DNA from: Euprymna scolopes
Lineage: Eukaryota
Length of the DNA stretch: 64,000 bases
Strand: one strand, 5' to 3'
Assembly: GCA_053919585.1 (NCBI GenBank)
Contig: CM132792.1
The notes beneath the pieces are model-generated. The model had not been told where the DNA came from. It did no database searches and was given only the letters and a program-made list of their open reading frames with translations. A program made the translations under genes and the position numbers. This document shows positions 25,830 through 38,207 of this stretch, one piece after another (the stretch's first letter is position 1; every line of letters begins with the position of its first letter).

Positions 25830-28304
25830 ACGGAAAATGCATCGTAGCTCTAATCAATCCACGATCATATTTGTATGCCTCGCTATTACACTAATGACGA
25901 ACATTAATTTAAAAGCAATAACAGCATTTACCAAGCTGCTTTCAAACATAGTGGCCTAATAACATAAATATATTAATATTTATAAGCAAAACCATAACAA
26001 TAATTACAATAAAATTAAATTAAGAAACAAAGAGCTGTCACATCTTATACCATCTCCTAAAATGATTACAAAAATTGAACTTGAAAAAAAAAAACATTCT
26101 GACATTGAATCAATAAATTACATTCGCGCAACTAAACACTGGCAAATAAGATAACATATCGTAAATCGTTAATTCAGTTGCTGCAAAAAATTGTAATTAT
26201 ATTTAAAGCACGAAATCAGTATATATTGTAGCAACAATATAAATAACACTACGAAAACCATGAAATAGTCATGACATATAGTAATAACACAATCTCAACT
26301 TATATATAGTTAGACTATAATATAACTAAATAACTTTTGTTTAGTAAACTTCAATAGTTAATTAAATAATATAATAAATATTATGCAATATAAACTTCCT
26401 TAAGTTGAAAAATATATTTACGAACTGTTAACGAACATTAATGAATAAGAAAACATTGGTTTAAAACACTACCAGAAAACTATTGCTTATAACAAGGTTG
26501 ACGATGATATTCGCTAATAACTGAGTGTAGTAATTAACACACATACACATAACTAAATAACTCTTATTAAACAAATTTTAATCTTCTCTTCTGTTATTCA
26601 TCTTCTTCTCTTTTCTATCTTCTTCTCTTCTCTTCTCTATCTTCTTCTCTTCTCTTCTCCATCTCCATATAAATAAAATGAACTCATTTTTCCCCGTGCG
26701 AGTTTGACTCTAATAGTATTAAAATCAAGGCATTACATGCAAATGTAATGTACACAAACTGCAGCACAGGATCTAAGGTGTGCTATAGGCATCTTATCCT
26801 TACACTTCCTCGATAACCGTACATTCCTACATTTTTCCCGGTGAAAGTTCACTACCAAAACTGATTAAAATCAATGGAAGTTGAAAAATCTTTTCTCTCT
26901 ATTAAATTTCTACTACTCCTGCCACCACTTACCACCGCTGAGAAAGCGACCACAAGGAACAGCAGGAATAAATACCGGTTCGGAATCGTAAAAGAGTTAT
27001 TAAAGCCATTTCTTTTCTTTTTCTCTTCTTTTTTTCGCTTCTCTCCCATAAAAAAAACACAGAATTACCGTCCGATTAACATTGTCTTCTTGCCTTTCTG
27101 CTTTTTTTCCTTTAACGTAGAACACAACCTGCGTGACTACTCGGATTTTACTACCAGTTTTGACAACTCTAACCGCGCAATCTGACTGAGCTTAACTTAT
27201 TAGTACTTCCCATTAAAAAAATATTATTGCATAAAAAAACAATGTTTTAATAACCACTTATTATTCGAATCCAACGATACCGTGATATTACTTGTATTTT
27301 ACTTAGAAAAAACAAAAACGAAAAAGAAATAAATGCGCTAAAAGTCCAACTAACATTAGATTGCTTTGTTTTGCATTGCTTTCTTTCTTTAAGTCGCATA
27401 CTGCGAGACTACTAAGCTTACACTTCCGGTTTTGAAGACTCCAACCGAGGAATCTTACTATGGGCTTCATTTATTATTGCTTTCAACTACACAATTTTTT
27501 TTTAAACTAACATCTCATTTTTCACAAATTACTATTACAACGCAACCATATCGTGAAATTACTTGCATTACACTTGAAAATCAAAAACAAAAACAATACC
27601 ATAACTCCGCGACTTCTCGGTTCTTACTTTCCGTTTGTACGCATCTAACCGACGATTCTAACTATGAGCATTTACTATTTTATTTTATTATTTACATATT
27701 TAGATCGTTTAATTACTTGCATTCACATTGAAAAACAAAAACAAAAAACAAAATAAAGAACCAGATAAAGGTCCGATTAAGATCAGAAAAGTATGATTGC
27801 TTCTTCTTTGCTCAACAATTCGGTACGTGTTTACATTAACATTTATGAATGCTTCTTCCTCATTAACGACATTACATTGGCTACATAGTGAGTTTCCTTT
27901 CTATTTAATGTACCGTTTAGTCGGCTCGAAAAACAGTATTTAACTGTATCTTTCAGACATACAACTGCTGGCGAACACCGTTGATTAAGTTACGTTTGCG
28001 AAAGTCAGTTACAACTAAAATACCCTGACCCTTTTTTAGATACTGTTTTAACTTATTTATCCAAAGTTGACCATTTGTTTTCTCCAAATACAGACATAAA
28101 CACTGTGATTCGAGATGATTAAACATTTTACATTAAATAAAAACAATAAAATATCTAATCATTACGTACTGCATGAGTACCCCTTCTTAAATTCTCGCAT
28201 TTTCTTTTTTTTTTTCATTTTTTTAAACATGCATTTAATCTTTGTATTAGACTTTTCCATTACACCAAATTGAGCCACAACAGCGCGTGGCAAAGTAAAG
28301 ATAG
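25830..28304 (+). mobile_element. Long Helitron-derived 3' segment
   Basis: Ends with hairpin gccac-aacagcgc-gtggc (28274-28291) and ATAG|T. Contains (CTTCT)n at 26581-26665. 26370-26530 recurs at 28365-28497. Confidence 0.55.
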
Positions 28305-28929
28305 TAATTGATAAAATAAAATTTGAATATGATAAATGTTACGGGCATATAAACTTTCTGAATTTTAAATATAAATTTACGAACAATAAACGAACATTAA
28401 TGAACAAAAAACATTAGTTTAAAACACCACGAGTAAACTATTGCTTATAACAAAATTTACGATGAACTTTGCTAATAATTGAATACAGTATATTTATNNN
28501 NNNNNNNNNNNNNNNNNNNNNNNNNNNNNNNNNNNNNNNNNNNNNNNNNNNNNNNNNNNNNNNNNNNNNNNNNNNNNNNNNNNNNNNNNNNNNNNNNNNN
28601 NNNNNNNNNNNNNNNNNNNNNNNNNNNNNNNNTTATGGTTGAAAAATCTTGATATTTAAAAGGCTAATGGCTTAACTACACTATAAAATGGAAATGTCAA
28701 TAAACTGAAAACATAGATTTTTTTCATTATAATGAATCAATAATTTCAATAAAAATAATGCACTACATTTAATGAAACTATAAATTTATATTTTTATGAA
28801 ACGGATACGATCCTACTCCGGCCATCTTCGACGTGATAGGATTATAAGAACATCTTGTTCATGCACAACTTTAACGTTTTCTACTAATGCGTATTCCCTT
28901 TCCCAAAATAAATATATTTTGTCCCTATT

Positions 28930-29420
28930 TTAATTATTCAGATTATTAGACTATTGTTCCTATCTTTAGTGTCATTTTCACAACGTTTTGATCGAGGTAA
29001 CTTCTAACTTTCGTCAGCTTTATCTTGTGAAATATAGGAATTTGACAAAATTTGAAACACTAACCTTTATTTATTTCACGGGGAGAGTTTGCTCTTATTT
29101 CGTAAGCCATGATGGGATAAAAGTCCTAAATAATTCGCAATTGTATTGTTCGGCCACCTTTGAGGTTATTTGATCATTAAAGAATTATGAGAATATCACT
29201 GTTACAATTGGTTTCTCAAAGTACTCTAACCACTACGCCACGGGTCCGTCCAAATTCTCAAACTTGACAAAAACTTTCTCGAGTTTGACAAAAGACACTT
29301 GCAGAATGTCAGAGGTTTCATTGGGGAAAACGTTGTGGGAATGAGATTCAACATAGGAACAATAGTCCGATGAATCAAAATAATGCGAATAACTAATCCT
29401 CATCTTAAAAATCCAGAAAC
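28930..29420. mobile_element. Inverted pair of PLE terminal-repeat (pLTR) relics flanking a tRNA-SINE head fragment
   Basis: 29245-29420 aligns to the reverse complement of 59640-59815, and 28930-29070 is the opposite orientation. The reverse complement of 29224-29243 is ccgtggcgtagtggttagag (A-box). Confidence 0.7.
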
Positions 29421-29789
29421 ACTTTCTGTCTGCGATATTATTGTTCTTCCGTAAGCTACTCTCCCAAATAAGTTATCCCACTGTTTAAGTAACATAGACC
29501 GATGCAAATCTTTCCTTTTCTGTATTATTATTTAACCTTCTACATATTAATAGTAAATTACGGTAGCATATTTATAAAACACATGTTTCCTGATTCTTCG
29601 AGGTTTATTAGAATAAGAGTTGAAACCCAACATATCAAATTGGGATTGATTCCTTATATTCATATAAGATGCTCCCCTTTGCACCATGTTTAAAGTGAAC
29701 TTGTCCTTTATATTATCAAACCTGACTGAATGGTTAATGTTCGGTATAAATCACTTCAACCCCCGTAAGAAATTTTAGGAAACACCTAT

Positions 29790-30240
29790 AAGCCATTCAT
29801 GGTGCTCTCCGAAATATGCTGTTACCATTGCACAGAAAAAACACTATTTGCACTACTTTTATCGAAAGATATGTACCGAGACTTATGCTCCCTTTAAGAC
29901 CGCCAGCAACCACTGTGAAAGAGTAATAAATAACGCAAGTATACTCAGCTCGTAATGTACAAAGTAGCTGAGCAGTAATTTGGTTCTTATGAGTTTTGCC
30001 AAGTAAACAACAGGATCCGAAATCAAAATGTTTCCCTATCTCAACTGTCATCAATTAACCTGTGGTAATCTCGTCAGTATTAGACAAAGCCAAACTCTTT
30101 GCCAAGAAATTTGCAGCAAATTTTACGATACGCTTCTCCCCTAAATTTCGTCGTGTGTCTGAAAACGCACTATGCGACATACAAGCAACTGTGAATGATG
30201 TTGCCAAGCGTATCAAAATCGTAAAGAGTTTACAGCTACG
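29790..30240 (+). mobile_element. CR1-type LINE internal fragment (between EN and RT)
   Basis: SWCSPKYAVTIAQKKHY..GSYEFCQV..VISSVLDKAKLFAKKFAANFT. Confidence 0.75.
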
Positions 30241-31664
30241 TTACATGTATTCATTTTGGATCCAGGTGAGTAGGAATTTTATTTTAAAAAAAGTCTAAAT
30301 AAAATAAAAGCAAAAATAATAAACGTTGCCAAATCACAAAGAAGTGACGTAAAAACAAACCAGGCCGAGACAGTTGACTTAACAAAAAAACGTTCGCCCG
30401 TTTTCTTGTTATCTGCTAACTTTTCAGTTTTTCTCCGATCATGCCAGTCATACTTTTAGTGCTCAAGGATGTTTATCTACTTAATGTTGTACTTTTCATC
30501 CGGTTGTGCCAGTGATAAATTCGTTGCTCAAAAATGTTTCGTGGGGGTCATTATTGTGTTTGTGCTAAAGACGAATATTTGTCTATCACATGTTGGTTAT
30601 ACATTTTATAAGGGCTTTTTTCTATACCCATGTGAGCATAGCTAATAATTTGTTTTATTATACCTATTTATTATGCCTCCCCACAGGACAGAGTTAGACA
30701 CCAGGGTCGTTTTTTTAACGTGGAGAATAAACAATTCTGTTTGATACATAATTTTGTAAGTTTGTATTTTGACTGTTTATTGATATCTACAGTTATATTT
30801 TTAAGAATAACTAAAGGTTTTACAGACTTTGTCAGGGTCCCAAGACTGTAATGCTTAAACGATTATAAGTCGTAAAAATGTCATGTATAATGTATTTAGT
30901 ATTGACTAGAAAAAAGATTATTAAATATAATACATGCAAATAGGACATTGAAAATGTTTGTAATGAGCAACTGGAAAAGAAGGAACGCCTATTCTTTGCA
31001 CTGACTAATCTGAGCGTCTTGTGAAGAGTTTTGTTTTTTTTGTATTCAGATAAATAGCAAACACGGAAATAAAAGAAGTAAACGGTCTTCATTTTAAAAT
31101 AGATGGAGAGTAAAATTGCGCAGTGGTCAAGTAAATCACACGAAACGTAGAAGTTATTATTTCAAACTTTATGTTGAAAATGCGCAGCATCTTTGATTGT
31201 AACTATGGTGTAAAGATTAGTGCCCACTAAACATTGACAGAGCTAACAGCCCCGGGATATAGAGCTGGATATAAATAGCGACGAATTTTTGTAGTCTTAA
31301 TCGCAAAGAATACAAAGAATAGAAAAGAACTTCAACTCGCTTTTTTTATTATACAACGACCTTTCTTTCTTTAATCTCCAACCACGCCTTACCTTCATTA
31401 CGCCATTGACATTTCTACCATTATTTTTCTAGAACATGCTCTTGAAAGTCATCCCAATCTCTAACGTAATCGTCTTCTTGAACTTGGTTTCTCCTTTGGT
31501 TTTTTTTTTCATACCGTGATTTTATTTCGCTCACTGATTAGTATTTGCATATAGCCGTTTGAGCTATGTATAACCGTTTGAGCTATGTTATAGAACTGGG
31601 ACACTTGCAGCAGTAGTATGATCAATATATCATTTTTGTCATTATTCAAAGTTTAAGAATCATC

Positions 31665-32045
31665 TGCACTTCAATCTATGGTCTCCCCTCGGTTGCTCTT
31701 CATAAAAAACACTTGTCTAGCAAAAAGCACTATCAACAATTTCCCACACTCCTTAACTATGCCTAAACCTAAACGTAGATCTCATGAAAAAAGCTTATTT
31801 CTAAGAACTGCACGCCTGTAGAATTCTCTTCCGATAGCCCGCTTTCCAGCTGACTACAATCTGATTGTCTTCAAGTCCAACGGAAACAAGTTCTTGATAA
31901 ACCGTCCCCCTAAGTTATTCAATTTACAAAATTCCCACTACTTATGTTTACTACGCTATAATCAAAATGACTTATGTATACCCATTAACCTTTATTCTCG
32001 ACTCGCCCCTGGGTCTTGAAAAGTGATGATTCCTATGTAAAAAGG
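31665..32045 (+). mobile_element. CR1-type LINE 3' end
   Basis: High similarity to 7240-7597, including LRTARL.NSLP and the 3'UTR. Confidence 0.9.
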
Positions 32046-32412
32046 AAAATAACACAACTTTTAGGAAAAAGTGTAATACAAATTGAAAATAAGGAAATCT
32101 TTTGTAATCGGTGTTTAACGACACTGAATGTAATAGACTGCAAATATTAGAATGGAGGTTAATTTACAGAAATCTTGTTATTTATATACTTTATGCTAAG
32201 AGTTACATTGGCAGAAAAACCCAAATACTTCCATTTACAATAGATATTAATTTAAATGCCAGTAGGCAATTTTTTTCAAATATCTTTCAATAATCAGTTC
32301 CTTTGATAATTAAACTGATTTTTTGAGTAATTTATGTGTACCGCTTGTAAATTAAATACACAAATCAAACTGATCTGTTCCATAAATATATTTACAACAT
32401 TTGAGAGCAAGA

Positions 32413-32480
<68 letters not shown>

Positions 32481-32967
32481 CTTGTGTGTACGTTTTCGTG
32501 TTTTTTCTTCTTTTGGTATGTATATATATATAATAGTCAAAACCAATTTAATACATATTGAAGCAATTATTTTAAATACATGATCAATTATCGAAAAGCT
32601 ATACTCAAACTGATGTAACAATGTACGAATGGTGACTTAAAATATTTCTTAAATGTATTTTGAGGTAATTGTATCTATGCAACGTCAGAGAAAAGAAGTT
32701 GTTATTTGATAAAATGAGGGGAATATATTGTCTTATTAAACTATTAATATGTTTTTAAGTAGCAGCTTTAAGAATAGTAATGTAAAATGATAATCAAGAT
32801 GATTGTTCATTATTTAGTTGAAAAATATATATCATGAGTATAATAATAGGATTTCTATGAAACCTAACGATTGTAAAAGCAAGATAAATACAAAGACTCA
32901 TCACAGCGACATCAGTAGCAATAATAAACAAAATACTGTAAGTCAATGTAAAAAGTATTATTAATAA

Positions 32968-33855
32968 TCTACATATCTATAAAAGCAAACGTGTGTTTCT
33001 GCCCGTCTGTCGTGTCTGTGTACATTTCCCTACGTAAAAACCCTGTCAATTTTAAGTCTACAGACGCGAAATTTGATATACAGGCACTGAGATTTGGAAA
33101 AAAAATCTTTGCAATCCGTGTTACGCCAGAAATTTGGCTGTTACGAGGTCAAACGAGTTAACCTTTGAGAACTCTACCAAACTCCTCAGCCAATTTTCGG
33201 TATAAACAATTGAAATTTTTGATATGGGTTTCTTGGACATGGATCTAACTTAACTGATTTGACCACAAAACAATAAATGTTAAGGGGTCATAATAGAGGT
33301 CAACAATTTTAAAAAAATTACCTCTGCGGTCTCTACCAAACCACTCAAACATTTTTGGTCTAAACATTGGAAATTTTTATAAAGATATTTAGAAATAGGG
33401 CAAGCTTTTTTAATCGGTTAAGGTCGAAAATTTGAGCCATCAATGTATAAATGTATGTAGGTATGTTTGCATGTCTGCGTGTCTGCCTAAAACATTCGAC
33501 AGAGGCGGCGGATTTTCACAAGATCAGTATCATCTGAAGCTCGACCTTACAGACGAAAACTACCGAAAAATTAGCTAAAAAGATTAATTTCTTCGCCCAC
33601 AACTGGGCACTTTTCTACAGGAAGGGTCGCGTTTTTCGCCGATTTTTTCGAAAGTCATCCCCTCTTTTCGATTGTCTAGCCTTAATTAAAACGTACGTCA
33701 CTTCCGGTTTGACGGTGGTCGTAACAGCAATGACATCACGTTTTTCCCCGTTGGTTTCCCCACTGTACGGGTTAGAGCTTGCCTCCCTACTACCACTTTT
33801 TTTTTTGCTCAATATAAACCTCCAAACACCGGGCAATTCCGGATTGAAATGCAAG
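32968..33855 (+). mobile_element. Non-autonomous Helitron
   Basis: A|TCTACATATCTATAAAAG start, 3' hairpin ccgg-gcaatt-ccgg and CAAG|T end. Homologous to 25395-25825. Confidence 0.75.
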
Positions 33856-33879
33856 TTATTATTAATATTAGCAGAGCCA

Positions 33880-34030
33880 CCGGTATAGCCTGGTCGTAAA
33901 ATACGCTTAAATAAATTTTAATTTATTCACATTTTTCCTCGATTCTTATATATTATAAAGTTGTTATTTAAAAAATAAACATATATATCCATACGACTTG
34001 GGTGCATCAGCTTAAACCGAAACGTAAACC
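33880..34030. repeat. Unclassified dispersed repeat; second copy at ~54945-55100
   Basis: Shared tggtcgtaa.atacgcttaaataaa..aatttattcacattt..cgattcttatatatt..aagttgt. Confidence 0.75.
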
Positions 34031-34310
34031 AAGAATTCTTGGTAAAAATATATATTAAAATATCTAGATGACTCGAGTGCCATCAGCCATAATTGAAACC
34101 TAAACTAAAAGTTGTGCAGAATTTTTGGTAAAATTATTTATTACAAGACATAGAAGGCCAAATCATTTAAACGACAGTCACTCGGAAGAAAAAATGAGGT
34201 ACGCGTGACACACAAAAGAACACATTCGATCGTATTAATATATAGATTAGTCATATTATTATCATTATTACTCAGTCTATTCTGTACCATCTATTCGGCT
34301 AGCATACAAA

Positions 34311-34355
<45 letters not shown>

Positions 34356-35078
34356 GTGTGTGTGGGGTGTATGTGGGTGTGTGTGGCTGTGGGTGTGATA
34401 TGTTTGTGTGTTAATTTATACGAATCTAGTGTGGATGTTACTCGTTGTTCTTTTATATATAGTGAAACTTGGCCATTCCCTTTATATTAAGTAAGAGACT
34501 GTTAAACACTTTGTGTGTCTTAGTAGAATATTTTACACAATAATTTTTATACCTCAACCTTGACGATAATCCTGAACTTAGCTTAATGAATACTAAAGAC
34601 GTGTAATATCATTCTACTCATGATCAAAACAACGAAACTCTTCACTGTTTTGTTTTGTTTTTTCTTGTGAACATCCACATTGATCTATGCTTGGATGGAC
34701 CGGTGATTCAAGGTCATCAATTTCAACCTATGGGTTGGCGCTTGGTCCCAAAATGAAGATAGCAAATTCAATTTTGTATACAGCCGCACACTGACTTAAA
34801 CAATTTGACGTATAATTATGATTTTTTATCTATATACTATGAGACTACTAAATCCGTATCCAGTTTAAAGGTATACTATTATATGTTTTGTGTATTTTAC
34901 TGTTTTGTATCATTAATCTGTCTTTGACCAGTTCCTCAGTGTATGTAAAACATAACAGTTTTACAGTCATTTATTATAGAAATAAAACAAATCATAAGTC
35001 ACAGATATTTATAAAATGTATCGAATTCAACTTCAATCGTCACCAATGCTCGCAATAGTAACACAATAACTTCGTGAC

Positions 35079-35340
35079 TGTAAACGATACTGCCTCCTGC
35101 TCTCACTCAACCTTGCTTTTTATGCAGGTGTTCATCCTGTCTCATTTGTCTGTATGCCTTCTGTTCTCGAGATCTCGCGAGTCCACAGTTTATAAAACAC
35201 CAGGCACCATCTTTTTTTCTCTTTTCCCACCCAACACTTCCCTGGAGCAAGTCCACACCTCCTCCATCACGCTACCGCTCGCACGCACATCCACACAATG
35301 CACAAATACGCGGACGCTTGCTACTCTGGTGAGTATTACA
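35079..35340 (+). other. GC-richer island: solo LTR (TGTAA...TTACA) or promoter plus first exon
   Basis: 5-bp inverted ends, TCTCGCGAG motif, TATAAAA at ~35190, pyrimidine tract, ATG at 35298 and a G|GTGAGT donor at ~35329. No TSD. Confidence 0.35.
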
Positions 35341-36219
35341 TAAAATAAAAGCTAGAAGTGGTAATAATATTAGAATTCTTTATTTAAACCAAATACATTC
35401 ACCAAATAATCAACATGTAACATAAGCTTTTATAGACGCCTCATAATAGATCCTGCCTTTAAACAATCTATTAGCAAACATTTTATGGTTTTAGTAGAAT
35501 TGGTGTCTGACATGGGCAAGAAAACCGTTATGTTTTCATCTCCATATTGCTGCAAAAAAAACGATAATGGAATAAACGTGGAACACTCTATTCTGTTGAC
35601 TCATCCGATGTATAGACGGCCATTTGCTTAATTTGGAAACATTTTATTTTAAGTTTTATATGAAATTAAAAGGATGCGAATGGTTTCGTGGTAATTGAGG
35701 TAATCCGGTTTTCATATTATTTTTACAGTGTAGATTTGCATATGTCGTTCGCATTGCATCATATATTTCGACTAATAAAAGTTGAAAGAATTACGACAGA
35801 AAGGAGTAGTACACTTAAAATATATAACAGTGTGTTCTCTAGAATTTACTTCCCTATAAAGACGCAACACTTCTGAATGTATATTTGTCAGCAATGAAGG
35901 TATAAATGTGAGTCCGCGTCTGGAGCTCCTACTATGGCTCACACCTCTGTGGAGATATTTTAATCTACGAAACATGACTATAAGTGTTATCGCATCAATT
36001 GCATCAGCTTCGTAAACGTTAAACAGACTCAGGTGAATTTTAACAATTTTACTTTAATTATGCTTCTGACGCACATCTAAGAGAGATTCATTTCTGATAG
36101 TTTCCCACCGTCAATATCTGAAACGGAGAAATTAAACGCTCAATCCAAAAATGCATTAGTAAAGTAATAATAACGATGCAATATTAAATCGAGTAGGAGG
36201 CATCACATTTAGAACACGA

Positions 36220-36286
<67 letters not shown>

Positions 36287-36287
36287 G

Positions 36288-37955
36288 ATGAGAAAAGGGC
36301 AATTAACATAATGGATTAAAAAAATAAAATGAAAAAAGGGTTAGCTAATGCGGTTTCCTTACTAGATCAACGGAGCTTAATCGAGGAGTAACTGTGATTA
36401 AAAAATGTCATGAATATGGCGGAGAAGAAAAATATAATCTAATTCGTTGAGACTCATATTGTCAATGATAGTCCTCTCAAAAAAAGTTAGCACAATGGCT
36501 AGCAAGTATGTAAGAGCCCGTTAGGAAGGTTATAGTTTGTTTTTATTTTAGATCATTTTACTTTTCTAAATTTTATGGAAAAATATATTTATTCTGTCGA
36601 ATTCATGTGTTCTTATTGCTATGACTACTATATTTACATTTGTCTAATTTTTAGAGAGTATTTATATATGTGCTTACACCTTAGATTGACGTAAACTTCC
36701 AACTCCGCTCTATTCTCGAACAGAATTGGAATTGCTGCAATTCGCTTAAATGACGGTTGAATTCAGCTTTCATGATATCGTATGCAGACAGATAGTGTGT
36801 CCATGGGTTCTCTATTGGGGCGTGCTTTGGCTAAGTTCTTTGTAAGTTATCTCAAAGTGGGTCTACTATTAGGCTTTCATAAATCAGCCCTTTACTTTCG
36901 TTACTTTGATGACACATTTTGCCTATTCGGCAACGAGACGAAAGCGGGCGCTATTTTACGTCCCTTAATAACGTTCGTCCAGCTCTTAAGTTTACCGTTT
37001 TTAGATGTTCTTGTTTCCATGTTTTCTTATTTCGTTTATGGTAAACTAACATTTACTGGCTTCTTTGTATTTTGCGACTATTTTTGTCCTACAAATAAAT
37101 TCAATTTAATTAGTATCCTAACACAAAGGCTTAACAATTTTTTCAATGCTGACGAGATGAAATTTATTAAGACACTTTGCAATAATGTTTACTCTTCATA
37201 AATTGTTGAATCTACCATTAATAATTTTTTTTTCAATTTTTATGAATTTTTAAGAAAATTTAATCAATAGATGTTCAGTTTACCTTCATCTACCTTGGCT
37301 AGGTAATAACAGTGATCGATTTGACAAACACACCTCTTTTTCTATAACGGTGTTATTTTGCGTAGGCCGCACGTGTTGTTTTTCCAACTACCCCTATGTT
37401 GTCGTCCATTCGAAAATATGTTCTACATCAATCATAATAATTTTATTTATTTATTTATTTATTTAAATCAAGTGTCACTGCGCACTACGTTGGGCGGACA
37501 TCGCAAACATTGGGTTTTCGTTTAAAAAACACGTACAATCAAATATTTGTCATGCAAATTTTCCATCTTCTGGCGGTTTGAATAATACATCAGAGTCTGC
37601 GGTCTGCGAGCACCTTATTTGTGCTATGAACTTTAGTGTCGACATGTTCACGGTCTTTAGCTGGTGGCACTCTTTGTTTCATACTAAAATCCTAGAAACA
37701 ATTTTTTGTTATGTCCTTGAGACCTTCTCTTTGAAAACAAAAGGACAATCTGTTCGGCCTTATGTGATTTGTATGTGATTCTGTCACCGTTTATTGATCA
37801 AAATTTTATTTTTTCTCTCCCAACGTATTTTTGAAATTTTTTTCATCGCATTTTTCCTTGATTTAGCTCTGTTTACATAGGAACGAACCCGCTATGCAAG
37901 CCCATTTTTTCATTATTATTTTTTAAAAAATAATGTTAATTCATCTCTTTTCAGT
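36288..37955 (+). mobile_element. Decayed Penelope-like retroelement (RT plus GIY-YIG) with an inverted copy of its 3' end at the 5' side
   Basis: QTDSVSMGSLLG..YFRYFDDTF..LPFLDVLV..KLTFTG; YVGRTSQ; SAVCEHL; KILETIF. 36288-36440 is approximately the reverse complement of 37800-37955. Confidence 0.9.
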
Positions 37956-37980
37956 CAAAATAAACTGTTGTACTCTCCCA

Positions 37981-38026
<46 letters not shown>

Positions 38027-38155
38027 CATACATATACATACATACATATGTACGTGTGTGTAAGGCATTACTTATTTTTTTACTTAATTGGCGTATATTT
38101 ATTCATATGTTACTCATAGTTTATTATTTGAATATTTTATACTAACAAAACATTA

Positions 38156-38207
<52 letters not shown>

